A stretch of DNA of 64,000 nt. Origin: Adineta vaga. Lineage: Eukaryota; Animalia; Rotifera. The translations under genes and the position numbers were made by a program. The stretch is from positions 496,001-560,000 of the forward strand of contig CP075495.1 in the NCBI GenBank assembly GCA_021613535.1, written 5' to 3'. Within the stretch, counting starts at the first letter, position 1; every line of letters begins with the position of its first letter. The notes beneath the pieces are model-generated. The model did not search any database, was not told the origin of the DNA, and saw only the letters and a list, made by a program, of their open reading frames with translations. Of the stretch, positions 25,537 to 36,788 are shown piece by piece.

Positions 25537-26088
25537 GAGGGTGGGTGTGGGTGAGAAAAATTTGAATCGTTTCCTCGTATATAAAGATGCAAGATCAATT
25601 CGTCTCACTATTGTGCACACGCAGAAAGTACCTGTCTTCCACAGTCGAAGGTAACGCGAGTCGGTACGACGAGCGTTACTTGTATAATAGGCCATTGTAT
25701 GAAAAAAATGGAGTGGGAAGTTGAGCGACTTACGTTATGGATATAGTCTTGCGCTAAGAATCATATAAAAATCAGTCACCAGACTTGACAACTTGCATAT
25801 TTCGTTATTTTCTCCGAAAAAAAAGTGGTTAATGTGATTATATTATGGGATGCTTAGCATCTGTCACAATAAACGAAGTATTGACTAAGTTCGCCGCCAG
25901 AACGTACATACATACTACCATTACGATTTGATGAAATTGTTTTTATCGTAATCATGGTCATGAGAACTGTTACAGGTGATCATGGATTTATAAAAAGCCA
26001 TTGTGTATAGCCTGAAAGTAATCAACTTCAATAAAGTGTTAACTGGACTCCACGATTATCTATAACGATACAACGAAAAGACGTGAAG

Positions 26089-28325
26089 ATGCACTTCAAT
26101 ATCAACGTTGTTATTATTGTCTATATCGTCATTGATCAGATGTCATGCAGTGTTCTGCAGACATCCATGGACAGTAAGTAATAATAATGTTCATATATTT
26201 ATTATGATAGATGTGATACAATTGAGAAACCTTATTGCCATCGAAAGGTTAGGAAAGTTGACAGGTTCTGTTCATTTCATCGTTGCTATTATTGCAGTCT
26301 CGGTATAAGAATTGAGTCGAAGTCATCCTTTTATTTTTCATCTGTTGATTATAGAGTATATACATCTTTGAATATAAGATTGAGAAATTGCTTCTTGTTT
26401 GATACAAGTCGAACTTTTCTTGAGCACAGTTATGTCTTGATTATTTTGGTAGCATGAGAACCATGAAATGTGAGTCATATAGAAAATTTCCTTGAGCAAA
26501 TAATGCAGCTGGCAAGTCTGTTGTATAAAGAGATCTCAGTTAGAGACGAACTCAAATGTTCAGAAGTGTGAGAAACACATTACGATAATCTTTTTTGGAT
26601 CGTGATGAAAAGAAAAATTTTCATCCAAGAAAACTCAAACATTTTCTATTGATGATGATGCTCCGTGTAATAGCAACTTTCACTTCATCACCACGCTGAC
26701 ACCTGCCAATATCCGACGAATAAAGAGAATTACAGATATATTTCCTGTTTAGACATGTCGACAAAGGTCATTCAACTGGACTGCAGTCAGTTCCAGGATG
26801 ATTTGGCAATTTTGGATACGTTGCCATTTCGCACGTATATCGGTTCCATGGTTTATAATTGAACATATGCTCTTATGGACACTACCAATCACAAAATTCA
26901 CACTCTACAAATCAGCAAAGAAAGTTACGTTCCATTGAATATCTTCTGTTTGAAAAATCTTCTTACTCTCATCATCGATCGAACACCTTTCAATTACGGT
27001 ATGTAAACTGGTATACAGCCATATCTGTAGGACATTCGAGCATTATTATTGAATTTAATCTGGGTGATTTTGCTCTTTTTCAATATGGTAGTGTTCCAAT
27101 GAACATAAGAGAGTATCTATTAAATTGATCAGAATTTTCACACACTTACTGGTTAGTAAGATATAAACAACAATATGTAAACATCTTTTCATCCTACTGC
27201 TGTTGAAAATTATGAACTGATGTCAACATATTATGACTTCCAGTCGTAAAAAAACGGATCCATTGTGCCTTATCACAAGACCATTTCAACTCATCTGCAT
27301 ACTGAAGAAAATCTCTTACAGTATTTGAAATAGTTCACGAGAATTCTAACGCCTGAACAATTGCTGATGTAATGAGCTACAGTATATATATATAAAGTGC
27401 ATCCAGAACATATGTTCATACCCACAATTCTCAGGGTATAAGTACTTTTTCCGGATAGATTGCACTGAGCCTAATAATGTAAAAACAACTTTTAACCATC
27501 AATAGTTAGTTATTCAAGGCTTAAAAATCAAGCTTATCCAAACCTTGTCAACTAGAGAAACATTATTTCCCTTATTAATTCAATATGATATCATCTCCTT
27601 GCATACGGCTCGCACCGTAGAAACAAATAGAATCGAAATATATATTTTTCTTCAATCGAACAAAGTTATCTTTTGGAATAGTAATAAGGATGATCTTTGT
27701 AGGAAATGGAAACTATGACGTTGGTGTGATACCGGATGCAATTGGGAATTTGAAGCAGTTGACTAATCTCTACGTTCTAGACACAACAATCAATAAGATG
27801 GCTGACGAGTTGGGCAATCTCACAACACTTACCTCACTCGTTCTAATCAACTGTGGTCTGTCTGCTCTGCCAAATCTCAGTAAACTCACGCGTCTTTCAA
27901 ATTTGAACATCTCTTCGAATCCCTTGACATCGCTGATCGGACTCCAAAATATCGGTACGATGGATCTCCAGAATTGCCAATTTTACAGTATACCTGTCAT
28001 GGCCAACCCAGCGGCTCTTAACTATCTCTACATGAGAAGCAATCGAGTCAGTCAAATCATCGACTTGTATCTGTACAGGTCTCTGAGAAAAGCCGACTTC
28101 CATGGAAATACAATCGCTCGACTTATGCCATCTATTGATCGTCTACCATATCTCGATACTCTGATCCTAAGCAACAACAAATTGTGGGATTTGCCAAATG
28201 AAATCCTTCAGCTGAGTTTACTGAGAGTACTTGACATTTCCGACAACGCATTCTCGTCAACTGAATTGCAACTCATCAAAGATAAATTCAAGGTGCAACG
28301 TCCGGCGGTTAAACTCATAACATAA
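26089..28325 (+). CDS. Leucine-rich-repeat protein, probably secreted (upstream exons tentative)
   Basis: Last exon ~27702-28325 has LRRs (IPDAIGNLKQLTNL, LPNLSKLTRLSNLNISSNPL, LILSNNKLWDLPNEI); candidate signal-peptide exon MHFNINVVIIVYIVIDQMSC at ~26089 and small exons at ~26210-26247 and ~26753-26834. Confidence 0.7.
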
Positions 28326-28496
28326 AGTTTCGAGAGGTGTGAGGATTTTTACAATTGTTGTCAAGATTTCTTATGAAAAAATAATAGACACACCGGTGGT
28401 TATCTTACTTAACAATAAAGAAAAGCTTATATTCTTAACTTCAGGATAGGATGTGGGCGAGGGTGGAGGATGAGTTTTTGAGACAATTTCAAACTG

Positions 28497-28545
28497 TTTT
28501 TCGACGCGTTTCGTCCTGACTGAAAAGTCGAGTTCATGCCGAAAA
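28497..28545 (-). ncRNA. Decayed minimal hammerhead-ribozyme-like motif (Penelope-like element type)
   Basis: Minus strand ttttc-ggcatga-actcgact-tttc-agtcaggac-GAAA-cgcg-TC-gaaaa; stem I, GAAA, palindromic stem III and GUC are present, but the CUGAUGA core is mutated. Confidence 0.4.
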
Positions 28546-28942
28546 TGAATTACAAAATAATTCATGTCTGCATTTTCCTCGAAATTACCAAAAACACCGA
28601 AATTAGTATATGATTACTAGAAATACTGCTTGTCTATCAATGGGCGTCTAGTTTGTCTCTCTTTCCTCTCAAATTTACAGCTACATATCTAATTATGACA
28701 ATGAAAAATTTCGGAATTTAATCGAAATTTCCAAAAATTGTTACGTGCGGCAATCTGATTGTCGTTATAATTTAATGTAACATTCTTTGCATATTATACG
28801 AATTTTGGAAATTCCTCTTTCCGCACTGATGTGACATGATTTGAAATGAAATGATTATTAATCGACAGCCATAGATACTCTCGTTTTACTGTGAAAAATA
28901 AAAATGTTTATTTTATTGCAATTTTTATTCATTGAAATATAT

Positions 28943-29357
28943 CTAATCATCGATTTTCAGTGATTTATCAAGAACTTCTTTTAATTCAATTTCAATTGTA
29001 TTTTTTGATAATCGTCAAACACTTTGGACTTTAAAAATTGAAAATGGTAAAATTGAAACTTCTTTTTCATCCGATATTCACGCTGATATAATTTCTATAT
29101 CTAAAACTGATCCAGAATTCTTAATGGTATAGATACAAAGGACATCAATATGGATCGTTTTGTTTATCTTGTGTTATTCTTAAGAAACTTTGTTGTCCAT
29201 AATCACTAAATGTTTCTGGGATTTCTTTTGACTTTGTTGTTGAAAAATATGATCTATTCATTATTTTTGAATTAACAACACATCTATATAAATCTTCAAC
29301 AATCATTAAAATTCCACCGTATGTTTTTCCACAATAGCTATATTGATGAGATCTCAT
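28943..29357 (-). pseudogene. ADP-ribosyltransferase domain pseudogene
   Basis: KTYGG...IMNRSYFSTTKSKEI then, after a frameshift, VLCIYTIKN..VLDIEIISA*ISDEKEVSILPFSIFKV; stops and frameshift. Confidence 0.7.
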
Positions 29358-29588
29358 ATTCTAAAGGCGGGAAAAGCGAGACTTCCTTACTTCGAAGTAC
29401 GGCGGAACCAATCAATTGATTTCGACACATCGAATTAATTGTCGAAGCGAAAGCAGAAGAAGAAGAACACACAGGTAAGAACTTCCGGAATTTATGTCTA
29501 TGTAAGTAACATAAGTAACGCATCAGTCTCTTAGACCTCACTCGACTCAATTCTAAAAGGGCTGATGATGGCGATTCAGCTACGTTTA

Positions 29589-30405
29589 TTATGTGATGAA
29601 AATATTTGTAAGAAAAAATAAAAAGAGAATATTGAAAATGTTAAAGACATTTGATGATCCGTGAGAGGGTGAGAATGTCGATGTCTGTTCCATTATTTCA
29701 ATTTCACAATTTTTTCCTGTATATTTTGGTGAACAAACACACATTTCAATTCCTACATTTTGAAAACATTTTCCATTATGTTGACATTTTTGACTTGTAT
29801 TACACGGCACTATGAATCAAAATTCATATCATATTTAATCTTAATCCAAAGACAAATAAAACTTACTTTGATATTCACAAATAAAAGGTAATATTTTAAA
29901 TTCATTTTCATCCATCAATTGATAAATTGATTGATTTGAATTATAACTTAATTTATAATTCATTCCATTTCCTATCAATGCTGTTTCATTTGGAGTAAAC
30001 ATATGTTCTTTCATTGGTTGATTTGACCAAGTCCATACTAATGTCGAAACTTGTCCATCAATCCAAAATTCATTTTGTATATTCCAAGCTAATATGATTT
30101 TGAGAAGACAAAGAATAAAATATTTTCATTCATTTATCAAAATTACCTTTCATCCAATAGAAAACAGCGGATTTCTCTATAGGAATTTCAAATGCAACTA
30201 GATGTGTTGTTCCATTGAGATTTAATTTTCTAAAATCATCTTCACAATATTGTTTAGCATTTGACCATGTCAATTTTAAATTAACAATTATTTTATAACA
30301 TCCATTTAGAATAACACTGTATGTATCTGGACATGGAATTGTTTCTCCATTCATAAATAAGATGAATAATACATATCCAAGGAATAAACGAGATCGGATT
30401 GACAT
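29589..30405 (-). CDS. C-type lectin + EGF-like domain protein with C-terminal hydrophobic (GPI/TM) tail, 3 exons
   Basis: Signal peptide; CP...GCYK...LTWSNAKQYC...HLVAFE; middle exon FWIDG...WTW...FICE; CQHNGKC...CVCSPKYTGKNCE; hydrophobic C-terminus. Confidence 0.85.
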
Positions 30406-31344
30406 ATTATTGATTTACTTGAAAATCAAAATCAAATCATATATTATATACTCAAAATTGAATAAGAACAAATAATCAAGAAAAGATGAAATTACAAACG
30501 AAACTTTAGAGAATAAAAGCAAATATTTTTAAGATAAAAATCGAATTTCAAGTGAAAATGAAATAAGCAGTAAGATAATTAATCAATAAAAATTTCAACC
30601 ATAACCAAGGAAAAATGGTGTGGGTGTGGGTTGGGGTGTTCGATAGCAGAAATATACACACCCACACCACGATTACAAAACCATTTCATAAAAGAATTAG
30701 ATCTTCTGCGTATGTTAGCATCATGTTGTTGAAATGTAAATGTATTCAAAGTGGTAACTACTTTTGAAGTTTGTGCTAGTGATTTAGTTGTATAATATTG
30801 TCGATTCATGGACAAATTAATTCATTTTCACCATTCTCGCAATTGAAAAATCCATCGCAATGAATGACATCAAGTATCGAACCAATAGCTTAGAAATAGT
30901 ATCTTAAATACGATAAATCAGAAATATCTGTGAGAATTATTACCTAAACAATTACAATAGTGATACGTATCAAGTAATAGATCATTATTACTTAGATATT
31001 TTTGATAATTATTGATTGTATCCATATAAGTGCATTCCATTTATATAAATGATCCATGAACAGTTATAAATATCTATTTAAAATAAGCAGAAAGAACGTG
31101 TCTTTTCTTTTTTATCTTTTACAAACATATAGATTGTTAATTGTCGATATCAAATATTATCTGAAAGAAGTAATAAAATATCTATAAATGTATTGAATTT
31201 ATGTTGACAAATCATTGTGTGAAGGAAAGAATAAAAAAGAAATACATGTGCATTATTCATCTATGGAAAGAAATGATACTTTTCAGTCGATTTTCTTCAG
31301 TTTATAAAAAAGTGCGTCAATAAGAGAGAAGTAAAAATCGAACA

Positions 31345-31944
31345 ATGAGTTCGTCTCAACGTATTAAAGGTCTTCTATCAATTACAATTCTCAAAGCAAA
31401 TAATTTAATTAAAGGTGATTGGATTGGTGAAAATGATTGTTATGCTGTTCTTTCACTTGAACCATTACCGACTGAATCCAAAGGAAGATCCAGAAATAAA
31501 GATCGACAAACAGAAACATCACAATTGACACAAATTCATGATGGTTCAAATCCAATTTTTAATGAAAAACTCATCTTTCCTGTTCCAGATAGATTAGAAA
31601 CATTATATGTTCAATTATGGGACTCAGATCCTGGTAAAGATGATCTTTTAGGACATGGAACAGTAAGTTTACTTGACGATGATCAAGGCGGTCAATTTGA
31701 TACGAATTTGAAGAAAGAATGGCTTCATATAACAACAGTTTCATTAACAACTGAAAAGGGTAAACCAGGTGGAACCGTCGATCTTATTCTTCATTTTATT
31801 CCTGAAACTGTCGCTTCGTATATGAGCAAAAGATTTGATACGGCTCAAGCAGATTTAAAGAAGAGATTAACACAAAAAATTATATCAAAAGTAACAGATG
31901 CAGCAACAGATAAAGTTTCTGGATATATGGGATTTACTGATTGA
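31345..31944 (+). CDS. C2-domain protein (copy 1)
   Basis: GLLSITILKANNL..D..GEND.Y...T.I..G.NP.FNE.L.F...LYVQLWDSD..KDD.LG. Confidence 0.9.
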   Translation: MSSSQRIKGLLSITILKANNLIKGDWIGENDCYAVLSLEPLPTESKGRSRNKDRQTETSQLTQIHDGSNPIFNEKLIFPVPDRLETLYVQLWDSDPGKDDLLGHGTVSLLDDDQGGQFDTNLKKEWLHITTVSLTTEKGKPGGTVDLILHFIPETVASYMSKRFDTAQADLKKRLTQKIISKVTDAATDKVSGYMGFTD

Positions 31945-32246
31945 AATTTTTAAGACGTAAATTGACTTTTATAAAAACTTTCTTTTTTCTGTTGAATTAA
32001 GATTTGATGTATTGACAAAAAACAATGATGAATCATAAAATATATTTGATATTCGAAACGATTTAATCTTTTCTTATTCATACATCTTTCAATTTATGTT
32101 GAAAGAAGCGAGTTTTGATGACAAACAATATAGAGGGCAGAAGAAAAAAAAGAACAAGAAAAAACATGTGTATTATTCACCTATGCAAAGAAACATCACC
32201 ATTTTCTACTTAATTTTGATCGCAATTGTGAAGAAAGAATCTGAGA

Positions 32247-32845
32247 ATGAGTTCGTCTCAACGTATTAAAGGTCTTTTATCAATTACAATTCTCAAAGCA
32301 AATAATCTAATTAAAGGTGATTGGATTGGTGAAAATGATTGTTATGCTGTTCTTTCTCTTGAACCTCTTTCATCTCAATCGAAAGAAAAATCTAAAAATA
32401 AAGATCAACAAACTGAAACTCATCAAATCACTCAAATTCATGATGGTTCAAATCCAATTTTTAATGAAAAACTTATCTTTCCTGTTCCAATAGATTAGAA
32501 ACATTACATATTCAATTATGGGATTCTGATCCAGATAAAGATGATCTTTTAGGTTATGGAACATTAAATTTACTCGATGATGATCAAGGTGGTCAATTCG
32601 ATACAAATACGGATAAACAATGGCTTCATATAACAACAGTTTCATTAACAACTGAAAAAGGTAAATCAGGTGGAACAGTCGATCTTGTTCTTCATTTTAT
32701 TCCTGAAACTGTCGCTGCTTACATGGAAAAACGATTCGATTCTGCACAAGCAGAAATCAAGAAAAAATTAACACAAAAAATTGTATCGAAAGTAACAGAT
32801 GCAGCGACAGATAAAGTTTGTGGATATATGGGAATTGGTGAATAA
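32247..32845 (+). CDS. C2-domain protein (tandem paralog, copy 2) with a single-base frameshift at ~32490
   Basis: Collinear with copy 1 to the stop (GYMGIGE*); one base is missing at ccaatagattag versus ccagatagattag. Confidence 0.8.
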
Positions 32846-33780
32846 AAAATTTCTTAATAAACTCTTTGCTTTTGTTTGTTATAATCATTATTTAAATTCG
32901 AAATAAAATTTATCAACGCGAGAATAAATCGAATGTTACATATCTAAGAGAAAAACCATATATTTATTTTTTTTGTTATTTCTGATAGATGGTAAGAAAA
33001 CAGGGAAAGAAAACTATGATTTAGTAGAAAATGTTTCCATCAAAATCAATGTGTTGACATATTTACATATTTCAATGCTCTTTTGTCAATATTTGTAACC
33101 ATAGTATGTTATTTCTTTCGCTATCATAAAATCGATCTTCTATTCTGTTATGATATTTTGTTTTGTCGTAAAAATAGTACAGTAATACAATATCATCACA
33201 TTTTTTCATGTAAAACATCCGCGAAAATACATTTGCACATTGAAGAAATAAATATTAGATTAAATTAAATTTTATTAGTTGAAGTTTTGTCTGACAAGAA
33301 CTGATACGATCAGAGAACATCGACTGATCTTTATGTTATAAAGCATTTTGAACTTTTTCATTTAGTAGTTCTATTTTTTCGATTCATTAAAAAGCTTTTT
33401 TGTATGGTTGATTTTGAGAAAAGATAGGTAAAAACAAATGATCACATTCTCGTAAAACAAAGGTGACGTATTTTAATATAGAAAACCAAAAACATGTGCG
33501 GCATATCGTATAAAAAGAAAGAAAATGTTCGTTTCGTGTTTGTTTTTTCTTCTCTTTTTTATTGCTATTATCAAATGTATTCATATCAAATCCTCGTCAA
33601 AATATCTATGTGCTCAGTAATAGTAAACATTTTTATTGTTTCTGTTAGAATGAAGAGTTATAGAAAATGAAAATCCGTTTTCAGCATTAAAATACTTTGA
33701 AGATATTTATTTTTGTTTTAGACTCGCGTGAAAGATTTCAGTTTAACAAAAACTATTCAACTATCGAACCATTTTTGAAC

Positions 33781-34533
33781 ATGTCAAGAAAACGTATAGA
33801 AGTGAAACCATTAGCTGATTTCGAGAGTGAACTTGAATATGAATTTAAAAATAAAGATTTTCTTCGACAAGCTTTAACTCATGCATCAGCAATAAGTGAA
33901 AAACATCCGATGGCTTATCATCAAGATTATTCAACATTAGCATTTCTTGGCGATTCTGCACTTAAATATGGTGTTGCTCGATATTTAATTCAAAATGGAC
34001 AAGAGTACATAATCTCAGATGCTGCAGAATTACACAAAGGTACACAAACAGTTGTTCCAAATACTGTTTTAGCTGAAATTGCGCAAGAGAAACTTTGTTT
34101 AGAAGAATATATGATACGTGGAAATACATGTGCAGAAATTTCCAAAAATATGTATGCAAGTTGTTTCGAAGCTATTCTAGGTGCAATCGCTCTCGATTGT
34201 GGAGTCGACCATCAGGAAGTCATTTTCCGTCTGATTGAAAGATTATGTTCTGATCGATATGAAACACTGCTCAAACCGGTCGATCCATATAAAATAAGGT
34301 TTACATCGGCGTGTGGTGGTGATGATGACGACGAAACTACGGACACCACCGTTCCTTTCGTCAATTATATGCAGTGGCAAGGAGAAATGTATCGACCACG
34401 TTGTGAAGTCATAGTACAGCTACCTAAAACAACTCGCTTACAAAATTTAGGTTTCGGTATTTTATGGTTCTTTGCTATTTTAGGTATTTTATTCATCATC
34501 TGGCATTTTCTTCTATTCATCGAACCTCATTAG
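33781..34533 (+). CDS. Ribonuclease III-domain protein without dsRBD, with C-terminal transmembrane helix
   Basis: FKNKDFLRQALTHAS...LAFLGDSALK...N.VLA.IA...L.L..Y...YASCFEAILGAIALD; C-terminus LGFGILWFFAILGILFIIWHFLLFI; ATG at 33781 (an acceptor at ~33721 suggests an upstream exon). Confidence 0.85.
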   Translation: MSRKRIEVKPLADFESELEYEFKNKDFLRQALTHASAISEKHPMAYHQDYSTLAFLGDSALKYGVARYLIQNGQEYIISDAAELHKGTQTVVPNTVLAEIAQEKLCLEEYMIRGNTCAEISKNMYASCFEAILGAIALDCGVDHQEVIFRLIERLCSDRYETLLKPVDPYKIRFTSACGGDDDDETTDTTVPFVNYMQWQGEMYRPRCEVIVQLPKTTRLQNLGFGILWFFAILGILFIIWHFLLFIEPH

Positions 34534-34889
34534 TGGAACTATATTAGAAATCGACATCTAGAATTTTAAGAAATAGATAGTACATCTATTCTCATTCATG
34601 AACTGAATATCCTATCGAGAACTCATTCTTTCTTTTTCAAAATAAATTCATGCCATTTTCATTATTTATTTGGACGCATCCATCGAAAAATCTAATTAAT
34701 AATAAAAATAACAATCCGCTTGTTACACCTAATACTGTTTCAACAACAAATTTCAATTGAATAAAGAAACCTTTTGAATTCGAATTGAAAATTTGTTCTT
34801 TTTCATAATAATAAGGAAAAAAAACAAAGAAATTATTCTGTATATAAAAGTATTCATCATCATTCGTTTTCATTTTGTGAAATAAGATC

Positions 34890-36635
34890 ATGCAAAACAA
34901 TGTTATATCCTTTCAATCACAACAGCCTCCCGGACGGCGAATGATCAGTCAAGATAAATTCAGAAGAATATCGGATTATCCACCAATTCATTCGCCATCA
35001 AGTAACAAGCGTAATTCTCAATTTATTTCATCACGTAAAAATATACCACAACAAATTACACCAAAATCAATTCTTAAAAGACAATCATTAATTCATAATC
35101 CATATACTCGAAATACAGATAGTTTACATAGTCTTTCAGTGAGTATTTCTATTGAAAAATTTATAATAAAGTTTAATTGATTGTGTACATATTTTATTTT
35201 ATTAGTCAATCAAAGTTGAATCACCAACATTACGAGATAATTTTCGATCGTTATTTAAACAAAAGAAGGATTTCAATAAAACAAAGAAACGAAGAGATAA
35301 GAATAGTCTTCGACGAGCTTTTCTACTTGTATGTGGTTGTCTAGCAATTCCTCTTTTACTCGGCCTATTACTTGCTTTACTCCTCGGACTTCTTTATCGT
35401 ACGTATTCAGTTTATACTGTTCAATGTTATTTATACTTAGAATATATAGGTCCTCATTCTACTACAACAACCATAACAACAACAGTGACTACTACAACTA
35501 CAACAACACAGAGTAAGAAAACATCGAACAGTCCGATAGTTAAGCATATATTCTTCTTCTATTTAGCAACTACAAGTACAACGAGTACTTCAACAACGTC
35601 AACAACAACTTCAGGCATGAATTGAAGATCTATTCTGTCTAATTTCTTTCTCTTTATAAAATAGTTACAACGTCAACAAGCAGTGTGACAACAAGTACTA
35701 CATCAGAGACAAGTATGACATTAAACCCAATATCGAATGAAAATTTTCGAATAATTCATTATTCTTTTTATTTTAGCTACAACTACATCAAGTAAGGATA
35801 TTTCTTGTAATTCATATACATGATTTTATCGAATGATGAATTTAATGAAGGTACGAGTACTACTACAGAAAGTACAATAAGCAGTGAGTTTTCTACTTTA
35901 ATTATTTTATTTAATAATCAAAAACTTGAATTTTTATAGCTTCAAGTACTACAAGTAAGTTTTCGGTTAGACAAAACTTTATTCTATATCAATATATCAA
36001 GGTACAACGAGCACAACAACAACAACATCAACATCAAGTAAATCTTTTGAAGTTTTCTTTACTATTTCTTATTTTGTTTTCATTTCTTTTAGCTACAACA
36101 ACGACCGGTGAGTATTATTTGTCACTTAAATTTTCCTATCGATATAAATTTATTTTTGTTATGAATATCAGCCTTCAGTTGTGCTTCAACTGTTACTTCT
36201 ACTTTGGGATCGTATAAAGAAAATATTTGTGTAAAGAATACTTGGCATACATTTTCGAAAAGCTTTGTTGCATCATATACTGGCATACGTACACTTGTCT
36301 TTTCGTTTACTAATATCTTTCATGCAGAGATGTATCTGACGAACGTCAAAGTACATGATGCAAGCAATGTTGATCTACTAAGCAATGGAGATTTTGCTTC
36401 ATCATCTGGAACGATACCAACAAACTGGCTTAAATGTTCAGACAATGGATCTGTTAGTTCTTCATGTTCTGTTGCTGTTTCTATTGCATGTTACACACTT
36501 TCTACAGATGGAGGAACAATTTCACAATCATTTCCAGTTGTATCCGGTACAAATTATACTGTTACCTTTGATCTTTATCATATTTCTACAAATGGAAATA
36601 GTGGTACAATCACGTTAGATGTATCTGCTGTCTAA
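34890..36635 (+). CDS. Type II membrane protein: cytoplasmic N-terminus, TM helix, Thr/Ser mucin stalk from micro-exons, C-terminal carbohydrate-binding-like jelly-roll domain (11 exons)
   Basis: Exons 34890-35138, 35206-35398 (TM AFLLVCGCLAIPLLLGLLLALLLGLLY), 35450-35512, 35567-35614, 35665-35712, 35777-35791, 35851-35883, 35940-35954, 36002-36037, 36093-36107, 36172-36635 (LLSNGDF...W...ISQSFPVVSGTNYTVTF). Confidence 0.8.
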
Positions 36636-36788
36636 ATATCATCGGCAATAATTCTGACATAAACACACAATTTTTTCAACATAGTTGAGATGTATTAAGA
36701 ATATATGTGTGATTTAAGAAAATTTATTTCAATCGAATTCTATTTCAAAGAAAGAAATAACAAGAAATTCGAGTCATATTGATTGTTC

